From Eledone cirrhosa (lineage: Eukaryota), in NCBI GenBank assembly GCA_964016885.1, contig OZ024743.1, positions 350,548,001 through 350,612,000 of the forward strand: a stretch of DNA of 64,000 nucleotides, read 5' to 3'. The position numbers were made by a program, and so were the translations under genes. Under the pieces are notes generated by a model, which worked only from the letters and a program-made list of their open reading frames with translations, had not been told where the DNA came from and did no database searches. Positions 14,101 through 26,790 of this stretch are shown piece after piece; the first letter of the stretch is position 1, and every line of letters starts with the position of its first letter.

Positions 14101-17100
14101 TAATGGTAGTGGTAGTGGTTTGTGGCTTCTGATAGTAGTGGTTAGGTGTTAATGGTAGTGGTAGTGGTTAGGTGTTAATGGTAGAGGTAGTGGTTTGTGG
14201 CTTCTGATAGTAGTGGTTTGTGGCTTCTGATGGTAGTGGTTAGGTGTTAATGGTAGTGGTAGTGGTTAGGTGTTAATGGTAGTGGTAGTGGTTAGGTGTT
14301 AATGGTAGTGGTAGTGGTTAGGTGTTAATGGTAGTGGTAGTGGTTAGGTGTTAATGGTAGTGGTAGTGGTTTGTGGCTTCTGATAGTAGTGGTTAGGTGT
14401 TAATGGTAGTGGTAGTGGTTAGGTGTTAATGGTAGTGGTAGTGGTTTGTGGCTTCTGATAGTAGTGGTTTGTGGCTTCTGATGGTAGTGGTTAGGTGTTA
14501 ATGGTAGTGGTAGTGGTTAGGTGTTAATGGTAGTGGTAGTGGTTTGTGGCTTCTGATAGTAGTGGTTAGGTGTTAATGGTAGTGGTAGTGGTTAGGTGTT
14601 AATGGTAGTGGTAGTGGTTTGTGGCTTCTGATAGTAGTGGTTAGGTGTTAATGGTAGTGGTAGTGGTTAGGTGTTAATGGTAGAGGTAGTGGTTTGTGGC
14701 TTCTGATAGTAGTGGTTTGTGGCTTCTGATGGTAGTGGTTAGGTGTTAATGGTAGTGGTAGTGGTTAGGTGTTAATGGTAGTGGTAGTGGTTAGGTGTTA
14801 ATGGTAGTGGTAGTGGTTAGGTGTTAATGGTAGTGGTAGTGGTTAGGTGTTAATGGTAGTGGTAGTGGTTTGTGGCTTCTGATAGTAGTGGTTAGGTGTT
14901 AATGGTAGTGGTAGTGGTTAGGTGTTAATGGTAGTGGTAGTGGTTTGTGGCTTCTGATAGTAGTGGTTTGTGGCTTCTGATGGTAGTGGTTAGGTGTTAA
15001 TGGTAGTGGTAGTGGTTAGGTGTTAATGGTAGTGGTAGTGGTTAGGTGTTAATGGTAGTGGTAGTGGTTAGGTGTTAATGGTAGTGGTAGTGGTTAGGTG
15101 TTAATGGTAGTGGTAGTGGTTTGTGGCTTCTGATAGTAGTGGTTTGTGGCTTCTGATGGTAGTGGTTTGTGGCTTCTGATGGTAGTGGTTAGGTGTTAAT
15201 GGTAGTGGTAGTGGTTAGGTGTTAATGGTAGTGGTAGTGGTTTGTGGCTTCTGATAGTAGTGGTTAGGTGTTAATGGTAGTGGTAGTGGTTAGGTGTTAA
15301 TGGTAGTGGTAGTGGTTAGGTGTTAATGGTAGTGGTAGTGGTTAGGTGTTAATGGTAGTGGTAGTGGTTTGTGGCTTCTGATAGTAGTGGTTAGGTGTTA
15401 ATGGTAGTGGTAGTGGTTAGGTGTTAATGGTAGTGGTAGTGGTTTGTGGCTTCTGATAGTAGTGGTTAGGTGTTAATGGTAGTGGTAGTGGTTAGGTGTT
15501 AATGGTAGTGGTAGTGGTTTGTGGCTTCTGATAGTAGTGGTTAGGTGTTAATGGTAGTGGTAGTGGTTAGGTGTTAATGGTAGTGGTAGTGGTTAGGTGT
15601 TAATGGTAGTGGTAGTGGTTAGGTGTTAATGGTAGTGGTAGTGGTTAGGTGTTAATGGTAGTGGTAGTGGTTTGTGGCTTCTGATAGTAGTGGTTAGGTG
15701 TTAATGGTAGTGGTAGTGGTTAGGTGTTAATGGTAGTGGTAGTGGTTAGGTGTTAATGGTAGTGGTAGTGGTTTGTGGCTTCTGATGGTAGTGGTTAGGT
15801 GTTAATGGTAGTGGTAGTGGTTAGGTGTTAATGGTAGTGGTAGTGGTTAGGTGTTAATGGTAGTGGTAGTGGTTAGGTGTTAATGGTAGTGGTAGTGGTT
15901 TGTGGCTTCTGATAGTAGTGGTTTGTGGCTTCTGATGGTAGTGGTTTGTGGCTTCTGATGGTAGTGGTTAGGTGTTAATGGTAGTGGTAGTGGTTTGTGG
16001 CTTCTGATAGTAGTGGTTTGTGGCTTCTGATGGTAGTGGTTTGTGGCTTCTGATAGTAGTGGTTAGGTGTTAATGGTAGTGGTAGTGGTTTGTGGCTTCT
16101 GATGGTAGTGGTTAGGTGTTAATGGTAGTGGTAGTGGTTAGGTGTTAATGGTAGTGGTAGTGGTTTGTGGCTTCTGATAGTAGTGGTTAGGTGTTAATGG
16201 TAGTGGTAGTGGTTAGGTGTTAATGGTAGTGGTAGTGGTTTGTGGCTTCTGATAGTAGTGGTTAGGTGTTAATGGTAGTGGTAGTGGTTTGTGGCTTCTG
16301 ATAGTAGTGGTTAGGTGTTAATGGTAGTGGTAGTGGTTAGGTGTTAATGGTAGTGGTAGTGGTTTGTGGCTTCTGATAGTAGTGGTTAGGTGTTAATGGT
16401 AGTGGTAGTGGTTTGTGGCTTCTGATAGTAGTGGTTAGGTGTTAATGGTAGTGGTAGTGGTTTGTGGCTTCTGATGGTAGTGGTTAGGTGTTAATGGTAG
16501 TGGTAGTGGTTAGGTGTTAATGGTAGTGGTAGTGGTTTGTGGCTTCTGATAGTAGTGGTTAGGTGTTAATGGTAGTGGTAGTGGTTTGTGGCTTCTGATG
16601 GTAGTGGTTAGGTGTTAATGGTAGTGGTAGTGGTTTGTGGCTTCTGATGGTAGTGGTTAGGTGTTAATGGTAGTGGTAGTGGTTTGTGGCTTCTGATGGT
16701 AGTGGTTAGGTGTTAATGGTAGTGGTAGTGGTTTGTGGCTTCTGATGGTAGTGGTTAGGTGTTAATGGTAGTGGTAGGGGTTTGTGGCTTCTGATGGTAG
16801 TGGTTAGGTGTTAATGGTAGTGGTAGGGGTTTGTGGCTTCCAATAGTAGTGGTTAGGTGTTAATGGTAGTGGTAGGGGTTTGTGGCTTCTGATGGTAGTG
16901 GTAGTGGTTTGTGGCTTCTGATGGTAGTGGTTAGGTGTTAATGGTAGTGGTAGTGGTTTGTGGCTTCTGATGGTAGTGGTTTGTGGCTTCTGATGGTAGT
17001 GGTTAGGTGTTAATGGTAGTGGTAGTGGTTTGTGGCTTCTGATGGTAGTGGTTAGGTGTTAATGGTAGTGGTAGTGGTTTGTGGCTTCTGATGGTAGTGG

Positions 17101-20100
17101 TTTGTGGCTTCTGATGGTAGTGGTAGTGGTTTGTGGCTTCTGATGGTAGTGGTTAGGTGTTAATGGTAGTGGTAGTGGTTTGTGGCTTCTGATAGTAGTG
17201 GTTAGGTGTTAATGGTAGTGGTAGTGGTTTGTGGCTTCTGATAGTAGTGGTTAGGTGTTAATGGTAGTGGTAGGGGTTTGTGGCTTCTGATGGTAGTGGT
17301 AGTGGTTTGTGGCTTCTGATGGTAGTGGTTAGGTGTTAATGGTAGTGGTAGTGGTTTGTGGCTTCTGATAGTAGTGGTTAGGTGTTAATGGTAGTGGTAG
17401 TGGTTTGTGGCTTCTGATAGTAGTGGTTAGGTGTTAATGGTAGTGGTAGTGGTTTGTGGCTTCTGATAGTAGTGGTTAGGTGTTAATGGTAGTGGTAGTG
17501 GTTTGTGGCTTCTGATAGTAGTGGTTAGGTGTTAATGGTAGTGGTAGTGGTTTGTGGCTTCTGATAGTAGTGGTTAGGTGTTAATGGTAGTGGTAGTGGT
17601 TTGTGGCTTCTGATAGTAGTGGTTAGGTGTTAATGGTAGTGGTAGTGGTTTGTGGCTTCTGATGGTAGTGGTTAGGTGTTAATGGTAGTGGTAGTGGTTT
17701 GTGGCTTCTGATAGTAGTGGTTAGGTGTTAATGGTAGTGGTAGTGGTTTGTGGCTTCTGATAGTAGTGGTTAGGTGTTAATGGTAGTGGTAGGGGTTTGT
17801 GGCTTCTGATGGTAGTGGTTAGGTGTTAATGGTAGTGGTAGGGGTTTGTGGCTTCTGATGGTAGTGGTTAGGTGTTAATGGTAGTGGTAGGGGTTTGTGG
17901 CTTCTGATGGTAGTGGTTAGGTGTTAATGGTAGTGGTAGGGGTTTGTGGCTTCTGATGGTAGTGGTTAGGTGTTAATGGTAGTGGTAGTGGTTTGTGGCT
18001 TCTGATGGTAGTGGTTAGGTGTTAATGGTAGTGGTAGTGGTTTGTGGCTTCTGATAGTAGTGGTTAGGTGTTAATGGTAGTGGTAGTGGTTTGTGGCTTC
18101 TGATGGTAGTGGTTAGGTGTTAATGGTAGTGGTAGTGGTTTGTGGCTTCTGATGGTAGTGGTTAGGTGTTAATGGTAGTGGTAGTGGTTTGTGGCTTCTG
18201 ATGGTAGTGGTTAGGTGTTAATGGTAGTGGTAGTGGTTTGTGGCTTCTGATGGTAGTGGTTAGGTGTTAATGGTAGTGGTAGTGGTTTGTGGCTTCTGAT
18301 AGTAGTGGTTAGGTGTTAATGGTAGTGGTAGTGGTTTGTGGCTTCTGATAGTAGTGGTTAGGTGTTAATGGTAGTGGTAGGGGTTTGTGGCTTCTGATGG
18401 TAGTGGTAGTGGTTTGTGGCTTCTGATGGTAGTGGTTAGGTGTTAATGGTAGTGGTAGTGGTTTGTGGCTTCTGATAGTAGTGGTTAGGTGTTAATGGTA
18501 GTGGTAGTGGTTTGTGGCTTCTGATGGTAGTGGTTAGGTGTTAATGGTAGTGGTAGTGGTTTGTGGCTTCTGATAGTAGTGGTTAGGTGTTAATGTTAGT
18601 GGTAGGGGTTTGTGGCTTCTGATGGTAGTGGTAGTGGTTTGTGGCTTCTGATGGTAGTGGTTAGGTGTTAATGGAAGTGGTAGTGGTTTGTGGCTTCTGA
18701 TAGTAGTGGTTAGGTGTTAATGGTAGTGGTAGTGGTTTGTGGCTTCTGATAGTAGTGGTTAGGTGTTAATGGTAGTGGTAGTGGTTTGTGGCTTCTGATA
18801 GTAGTGGTTAGTTGTTAGTGGTAGTGGTAGTGGTTTGTGGCTTCTGATAGTAGTGGTTAGGTGTTAATGGTAGTGGTAGTGGTTTGTGGCTTCTGATAGT
18901 AGTGGTTAGGTGTTAATGGTAGTGGTAGTGGTTTGTGGCTTCTGATAGTAGTGGTTAGGTGTTAATGGTAGTGGTAGGGGTTTGTGGCTTCTGATGGTAG
19001 TGGTAGTGGTTTGTGGCTTCTGATGGTAGTGGTTAGGTGTTAATGGTAGTGGTAGTGGTTTGTGGCTTCTGATAGTAGTGGTTAGGTGTTAATGGTAGTG
19101 GTAGTGGTTTGTGGCTTCTGATAGTAGTGGTTAGGTGTTAATGGTAGTGGTAGGGGTTTGTGGCTTCTGATGGTAGTGGTAGTGGTTTGTGGCTTCTGAT
19201 GGTAGTGGTTAGGTGTTAATGGTAGTGGTAGTGGTTTGTGGCTTCTGATAGTAGTGGTTAGGTGTTAATGGTAGTGGTAGTGGTTTGTGGCTTCTGATAG
19301 TAGTGGTTAGGTGTTAATGGTAGTGGTAGGGGTTTGTGGCTTCTGATGGTAGTGGTAGTGGTTTGTGGCTTCTGATGGTAGTGGTTAGGTGTTAATGGTA
19401 GTGGTAGTGGTTTGTGGCTTCTGATAGTAGTGGTTAGGTGTTAATGGTAGTGGTAGTGGTTTGTGGCTTCTGATAGTAGTGGTTAGGTGTTAATGGTAGT
19501 GGTAGTGGTTTGTGGCTTCTGATAGTAGTGGTTAGGTGTTAATGGTAGTGGTAGTGGTTTGTGGCTTCTGATAGTAGTGGTTAGGTGTTAATGGTAGTCG
19601 TAGGGGTTTGTGGCTTCTGATGGTAGTGGTAGTGGTTTGTGGCTTCTGATGGTAGTGGTTAGGTGTTAATGGTAGTGGTAGTGGTTTGTGGCTTCTGATA
19701 GTAGTGGTTAGGTGTTAATGGTAGTGGTAGTGGTTTGTGGCTTCTGATAGTAGTGGTTAGGTGTTAATGGTAGTGGTAGTGGTTTGTGGCTTCTGATAGT
19801 AGTGGTTAGGTGTTAATGGTAGTGGTAGTGGTTTGTGGCTTCTGATAGTAGTGGTTAGGTGTTAATGGTAGTGGTAGTGGTTTGTGGCTTCTGATGGTAG
19901 TGGTAGTGGTTTGTGGCTTCTGATGGTAGTGGTTAGGTGTTAATGGTAGTGGTAGTGGTTTGTGGCTTCTGATAGTAGTGGTTAGGTGTTAATGGTAGTG
20001 GTAGTGGTTTGTGGCTTCTGATAGTAGTGGTTAGGTGTTAATGGTAGTGGTAGTGGTTTGTGGCTTCTGATAGTAGTGGTTAGGTGTTAATGGTAGTGGT

Positions 20101-23100
20101 AGTGGTTTGTGGCTTCTGATAGTAGTGGTTAGGTGTTAATGGTAGTGGTAGTGGTTTGTGGCTTCTGATGGTAGTGGTAGTGGTTTGTGGCTTCTGATGG
20201 TAGTGGTTAGGTGTTAATGGTAGTGGTAGTGGTTTGTGGCTTCTGATAGTAGTGGTTAGGTGTTAATGGTAGTGGTAGTGGTTTGTGGCTTCTGATAGTA
20301 GTGGTTAGGTGTTAATGGTAGTGGTAGTGGTTTGTGGCTTCTGATAGTAGTGGTTAGGTGTTAATGGTAGTGGTAGTGGTTTGTGGCTTCTGATAGTAGT
20401 GGTTAGGTGTTAATGGTAGTGGTAGTGGTTTGTGGCTTCTGATGGTAGTGGTAGTGGTTTGTGGCTTCTGATGGTAGTGGTTAGGTGTTAATGGTAGTGG
20501 TAGTGGTTTGTGGCTTCTGATAGTAGTGGTTAGGTGTTAATGGTAGTGGTAGTGGTTTGTGGCTTCTGATAGTAGTGGTTAGGTGTTAATGGTAGTGGTA
20601 GTGGTTTGTGGCTTCTGATGGTAGTGGTAGTGGTTTGTGGCTTCTGATGGTAGTGGTTAGGTGTTAATGGTAGTGGTAGTGGTTTGTGGCTTCTGATAGT
20701 AGTGGTTAGGTGTTAATGGTAGTGGTAGTGGTTTGTGGCTTCTGATAGTAGTGGTTAGGTGTTAATGGTAGTGGTAGTGGTTTGTGGCTTCTGATAGTAG
20801 TGGTTAGGTGTTAATGGTAGTGGTAGTGGTTTGTGGCTTCTGATAGTAGTGGTTAGGTGTTAATGGTAGTGGTAGTGGTTTGTGGCTTCTGATAGTAGTG
20901 GTTAGGTGTTAATGGTAGTGGTAGTGGTTTGTGGCTTCTGATGGTAGTGGTTAGGTGTTAATGGTAGTGGTAGTGGTTTGTGGCTTCTGATGGTAGTGGT
21001 TAGGTGTTAATGGTAGTGGTAGTGGTTTGTGGCTTCTGATAGTAGTGGTTAGGTGTTAATGGTAGTGGTAGTGGTTTGTGGCTTCTGATAGTAGTGGTTA
21101 GGTGTTAATGGTAGTGGTAGTGGTTTGTGGCTTCTGATAGTAGTGGTTAGGTGTTAATGGTAGTGGTAGTGGTTTGTGGCTTCTGATGGTAGTGGTTAGG
21201 TGTTAATGGTAGTGGTAGTGGTTTGTGGCTTCTGATGGTAGTGGTTAGGTGTTAATGGTAGTGGTAGGGGTTTGTGGCTTCTGATGGTAGTGGTAGTGGT
21301 TTGTGGCTTCTGATAGTAGTGGTTAGGTGTTAATGGTAGTGGTACGGGTTTGTGGCTTCTGATAGTAGTGGTTAGGTGTTAATGGTAGTGGTAGTGGTTT
21401 GTGGCTACTGATAGTAGTGGTTAGGTGTTAATGGTAGTGGTAGGGGTTTGTGGCTTCTGATAGTAGTGGTTAGGTGTTAATGGTAGTGGTAGTGGTTTGT
21501 GGCTTCTGATAGTAGTGGTTAGGTGTTAATGGTAGTGGTAGTGGTTTGTGGCTTCTGATGGTAGTGGTAGTGGTTTGTGGCTTCTGATGGTAGTGGTTAG
21601 GTGTTAATGGTAGTGGTAGTGGTTTGTGGCTTCTGATAGTAGTGGTTAGTTGTTAGTGGTAGTGGTAGTGGTTTGTGGCTTCTGATGGTAGTGGTTAGGT
21701 GTTAATGGTAGTGGTAGTGGTTTGTGGCTTCTGATAGTAGTGGTTAGGTGTTAATGGTAGTGGTAGTGGTTTGTGGCTTCTGATGGTAGTGGTTAGGTGT
21801 TAATGGTAGTGGTAGTGGTTTGTGGCTACTGATAGTAGTGGTTAGGTGTTAATGGTAGTGGTAGTGGTTTGTGGCTTCTGATAGTAGTGGTTAGGTGTTA
21901 ATGGTAGTGGTAGTGGTTTGTGGCTTCTGATAGTAGTGGTTAGTTGTTAGTGGTAGTGGTAGTGGTTTGTGGCTTCTGATAGTAGTGGTTAGGTGTTAAT
22001 GGTAGTGGTAGTGGTTTGTGGCTTCTGATAGTAGTGGTTAGGTGTTAATGGTAGTGGTAGTGGTTAGGTGTTAATGGTAGTGGTAGTGGTTTGTGGCTTC
22101 TGATAGTAGTGGTTAGGTGTTAATGGTAGTGGTAGTGGTTTGTGGCTTCTGATAGTAGTGGTTAGGTGTTAATGGTAGTGGTAGTGGTTAGGTGTTAATG
22201 GTAGTGGTAGTGGTTTGTGGCTTCTGATAGTAGTGGTTAGGTGTTAATGGTAGTGGTAGTGGTTTGTGGCTTCTGATGGTAGTGGTTAGGTGTTAATGGT
22301 AGTGGTAGTGGTTTGTGGCTTCTGATAGTAGTGGTTAGGTGTTAATGGTAGTGGTAGTGGTTTGTGGCTTCTGATGGTAGTGGTTAGGTGTTAATGGTAG
22401 TGGTAGTGGTTTGTGGCTACTGATAGTAGTGGTTAGGTGTTAATGGTAGTGGTAGTGGTTTGTGGCTTCTGATGGTAGTGGTTAGGTGTTAATGGTAGTG
22501 GTAGGGGTTTGTGGCTTCCAATAGTAGTGGTTAGGTGTTAATGGTAGTGGTAGTGGTTTGTGGCTTTTGATGGTAGTGGTTAGGTGTTAATGGTAGTGGT
22601 AGTGGTTTGTGGCTTCTGATGGTAGTGGTTAGGTGTTAATGGTAGTGGTAGGGGTTTGTGGCTTCTGATAGTAGTGGTTAGGTGTTAATGGTAGTGGTAG
22701 TGGTTTGTGGCTTCCAATAGTAGTGGTTAGGTGTTAATGGTAGTGGTAGTGGTTTGTGGCTTTTGATGGTAGTGGTTAGGTGTTAATGGTAGTGGTAGTG
22801 GTTTGTGGCTTCTGATGGTAGTGGTTAGGTGTTAATGGTAGTGGTAGTGGTTTGTGGCTTCCAATAGTAGTGGTTAGGTGTTAATGGTAGTGGTAGTGGT
22901 TTGTGGCTTTTGATGGTAGTGGTTAGGTGTTAATGGTAGTGGTAGTGGTTTGTGGCTTCTGATGGTAGTGGTTAGGTGTTAATGGTAGTGGTAGGGGTTT
23001 GTGGCTTCCAATAGTAGTGGTTAGGTGTTAATGGTAGTGGTAGTGGTATGTGGCTTTTGATGGTAGTGGTTTGTGGCCTCCGATAGTAGTAGTAGCGGTT
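11160..23100. repeat. ~12-kb G-rich satellite, 49-bp consensus GGTTAGGTGTTAATGGTAGTGGTAGT-GGTTTGTGGCTTCTGAT(A/G)GTAGT
   Basis: Period 49 measured directly (GGTTTGTGGC at 13151 and 13200); built from 26-bp and 23/29-bp submodules. Confidence 0.97.
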
Positions 23101-23124
23101 AGGTGCGAATGGTGGTGGCGGTAG

Positions 23125-23465
23125 CCACCCTAATACCATCCTTATCAACAACACCACCACCACTGCCATCAACACCACCACTAACACCATCAACACCACC
23201 ACTACCATCATCATCATCACCACCACTAATACCATCAACACTACCACAACCACTATACCAACACCACCACAACAACCACTACCACCAACACCATCTCCAC
23301 CACCACCAGCACCAACACCACCACCACCACCACTACTACCAACACCACCACTACTACCACACCACCACCACCACCACTACCAACACCACCACCACCACTA
23401 CCACCACCACCACCACCACCACCACCAGCACCACCACCACCACCAATACCACCACCACCACCACT
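23125..23465. repeat. Degenerate (CCA/ACC)n low-complexity tract
   Basis: Direct inspection; C-rich, opposite skew to the adjacent satellite. Confidence 0.9.
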
Positions 23466-23516
23466 ATCATCATTTATACATACATACATACATACATACA
23501 TACATACATACATACA

Positions 23517-23544
<28 letters not shown>

Positions 23545-23548
<4 letters not shown>

Positions 23549-25696
23549 AATTATATACTGTATAAATTATATACTGTATAAATTATATACTGTATAAATT
23601 ATATACTGGGTGCCTTAACCTGTTCTTACAGGATCACTGTGCTACCAACAACATCATAACACCTGAGCAAGCTGGTGGAAAGAGGGAGGTGTGGGGTTGC
23701 ATAGATCACCTACTAACTAACAAAATGATTCAGGAAAAAACAACAAAGAATCGCAGAAACATGACTGTGGTGTGGCTGGACTATCAAAAAGCATTTGATA
23801 GTGTACCTCATGGGTGGATTATTAAGGCTTTACAGTTAGCTAAAGTCCCACAACCATTAGTAGCTGCTGTTGAACGCCTGACCAAGAACTGGTACACCAA
23901 TTTGATCCTTAGAGGTGAGAAGGAGCAGGTTAAGACTGATAGGATACATTACCAGAAGGGCATCTTTCAGGGTGATAGCTTTTCAGTACTACTCTTCGTT
24001 CTCTCACTGAATACACTATCTTACCTACTCAGGAAACAAGGTGGACAAAGAAGTGGGCCCAGAAGTATCTCCCATCTTTTCTTTGTTGATGACCTGAAGT
24101 TGTATGGGCCAAATATCAATGACATCAAGAAACAATTGGACCTCATTACACAATTTTCAACCGACATCAAAATTAAATTTGGTGAGTCCAAGTGTGCATA
24201 TTTGGCAATAAAACGTGGAAGAGCTGTGCCCTCCTCTAGAAATCTAGATATGAACGGCCTGACAATACAACCTCTGCAGTCAGGTGACAACTACAGATAT
24301 CTTGGACAGGATGAGAATGTCAGATATGATGGACCCATAAATAAGGAGAGAACCAGAACTGAATACCTCAGAAGAGTAAAAAAAATATGGTCATCAGAAC
24401 TGTCAGCATACAACAAATACATTGCCCACAATACCTATGCTGTGCCAATTCTAACGCCAACATTTGGCCTACTGAACTGGTCATTGCAAGAACTAAGTGA
24501 GATGGATGTTAGAACTCGAAAACTTCTCAGTGTTACTGGGAACTTTAACATCAATGGTGATGTGGATAGGCTATACTTCTCACGCAAGGAAGGTGGCCGG
24601 GGTCTAAAATCAATATTAACAACATATGAGACCCGGATAGTAACACTGAAGCAACACCTTCAACAGAGGAAAAAGGTTGGCGACCATCTTGCTCAGGTTT
24701 ATGAGCATGAAAAAAGAAATATCATTAGAATAGCGACTGATCTGGAGGAGAGATATGGAATAAAGCCTGATATAAATCTCTCACCCAGAGAAATCGGAAG
24801 ATCCTATTCAATGTTCAAACAAGAAAAAAAAATTGACCAATTTACAGAGAAAGTTGTGCATGGATACTTGAGGCGTAAAACACAGACCATAGAGGGGATA
24901 AACCACTCAAAAAGCCTGGCATGGAGTTCCGACAAGTTTATGACATCACACCTTGAGGGATATCTCTATGCAATACAGGAACAAGAACTCCCTACCAAAT
25001 ATCTGCTGCACAAAAGAGGAGGGCCAGCAGCTGACAATAAATGTAGGCTATGTAAAACAAAGATCGAGGATGTAAGCCACATTGTTGCCAGCTGCGAAAG
25101 AATGTCATCTCGCTACTACCTCCCCATGAGACACGATGGGATAGCTAGAACTATCTGGAACGCACTTCGGAAAACAAAATTAACAACAAACGAGGAAGAA
25201 TATATTGAGACAGATGGCACTAAGGAATACTGGTGGAACCTGAAAATAAAAACTGCCACCAAATTAAAGCACAACCGGCCTGATATTGTAGTTTGGGACC
25301 ACACATTGAAAACGTGTTCTGTTGTGGAGATCAGCTGCCCACTTGATGTAAACGTTGTCAGAAAAATACAGGAGAAGGAGGACATCTACGGACCATTGAT
25401 GAGGAGCTTACAAATCCAGTATCCAAGATACACCTTTAGCTTCATACCCATCATTATTGGTGCTACGGGTTATATACCAACCCGCTTGGACCAAAGTATG
25501 ACCGAACTTGGATTTGCGGACAAAAAGCGCAGCTCCCTAATTCATAGTCTACAAATGGCTGCGATAGCTGGCACCTTCAAAATATGCAAAACATTCTTGC
25601 GATTCAAGGGATGACAATTTCTTTTCTTTTACAACCTTGCCACCAGGAAGGTGGCCGGTCAAAAAAAATATACTCGAAATTAAGAGAAATAGAAAA
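23545..25696 (+). mobile_element. R4/Dong-type RLE non-LTR retrotransposon, family B1, 5'-truncated, inserted in (TACA)n
   Basis: Uninterrupted RT-CCHC-RLE frame; perfect (TACA)n at 23477-23544 and 25697-25725. Confidence 0.9.
23593..25614 (+). CDS. Reverse transcriptase + CCHC zinc finger + restriction-like endonuclease (partial polyprotein, no true start)
   Basis: WLDYQKAFDSVPH, GIFQGDSFS, HLFFVDDLKLY, YRYLG; CRLCKTKIEDVSHIVASC; RHD; NRPDIVVWD...VVEISCP. The frame is open from 23593 (YKLYTGCLNLFLQDHC), upstream of the GTG given in the ORF track. Confidence 0.9.
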   Translation, partial: YKLYTGCLNLFLQDHCATNNIITPEQAGGKREVWGCIDHLLTNKMIQEKTTKNRRNMTVVWLDYQKAFDSVPHGWIIKALQLAKVPQPLVAAVERLTKNWYTNLILRGEKEQVKTDRIHYQKGIFQGDSFSVLLFVLSLNTLSYLLRKQGGQRSGPRSISHLFFVDDLKLYGPNINDIKKQLDLITQFSTDIKIKFGESKCAYLAIKRGRAVPSSRNLDMNGLTIQPLQSGDNYRYLGQDENVRYDGPINKERTRTEYLRRVKKIWSSELSAYNKYIAHNTYAVPILTPTFGLLNWSLQELSEMDVRTRKLLSVTGNFNINGDVDRLYFSRKEGGRGLKSILTTYETRIVTLKQHLQQRKKVGDHLAQVYEHEKRNIIRIATDLEERYGIKPDINLSPREIGRSYSMFKQEKKIDQFTEKVVHGYLRRKTQTIEGINHSKSLAWSSDKFMTSHLEGYLYAIQEQELPTKYLLHKRGGPAADNKCRLCKTKIEDVSHIVASCERMSSRYYLPMRHDGIARTIWNALRKTKLTTNEEEYIETDGTKEYWWNLKIKTATKLKHNRPDIVVWDHTLKTCSVVEISCPLDVNVVRKIQEKEDIYGPLMRSLQIQYPRYTFSFIPIIIGATGYIPTRLDQSMTELGFADKKRSSLIHSLQMAAIAGTFKICKTFLRFKG

Positions 25697-25725
25697 CATA
25701 CATACATACATACATACATACATAC

Positions 25726-26337
25726 ATGGTGGTGGCTGCCAACTCGTTTTCGAGTACGGCCACTACTTTATATCCATGTAGGAGAACCCCTACCGAAGCG
25801 CTGAACGAGTGTGACTTTTTAGTCCAGCCAGCGACTTGAAAACTCTGGTACAAACACTACACTTATGACAATTATTGACACATAGTGTTGGGCCCATGGT
25901 ACCATGTGACGACAAGTGCAGAGAGATCTCCAGATATAAAGCAATGCCTGTGCCGTGAAGCTTTTATAGTGAGCAAAGGCACTGCACAAAGCCAGTCCCA
26001 CTCTCTTAACCAAGATGATATTTACCAAAAAGAAGAACTAGTCAACATCATTGGATACCATCAGGTTTGCAGGTGTTATATCAGAGTTTTCCTTCTCCTA
26101 GAATTCTGCCTTGACAAAGGCTCAGGGGTCATCTCTCCCGGTGATTTTGGATGGCCATTGACTCTTAAGAGCTCCTTTGCCCTTTGACAGGTTTTGTTTT
26201 TAGTCCTGCAGGATGTCCAAAGTCACCCTCTTCACCAAGAAACCTTGGTAGGGTTGCCAGTTTAGTCGCCAACGACCCGACCATGGGACAAGTTGTACTG
26301 GGATACATGTTACCAGTAGCGCAACTGGTGACCTGAC
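25726..26337 (-). mobile_element. Family A retroelement, full-length
   Basis: 5' end GTCAGGTCACCAGTT, 3' end GGCAGCCACCACCAT(GTAT)n. Confidence 0.9.
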
Positions 26338-26790
26338 ATACACATATACATATATATACATACATATATACATATACACATATACATACATACACACATA
26401 TACACCTATACATACATACATATACATACATATATATACACACACACATACATTTATATACATACATATATACATACATATACATACATACATACATATA
26501 TATATATAAACATACACACATACATACACATACACACACATATATATATATATATATACACACATACATACACATACATATATATATACATATACATACA
26601 TATATACACATACATACATATATACACATACATACATATATACACATACATACATATATACATATACATACATACATATACATACATATACATATACATA
26701 CATATACACATACATACACATATACATACATACACATATATATACATACACATACATATACATACATATACATATACATACATACATATA

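Noticed and set aside
11160-23100. Satellite as a mucin-like coding exon, telomeric array or CRISPR
   Set aside because: The 49-bp unit is not a multiple of 3 and contains stops. GGTTAGG occurs once per unit, not as a tandem TTAGGG array. There are no unique spacers, and the context is eukaryotic.
23103-23549. His/Thr/Pro-rich ORF
   Set aside because: Translation of (CCA)n low-complexity DNA without splice or homology support.
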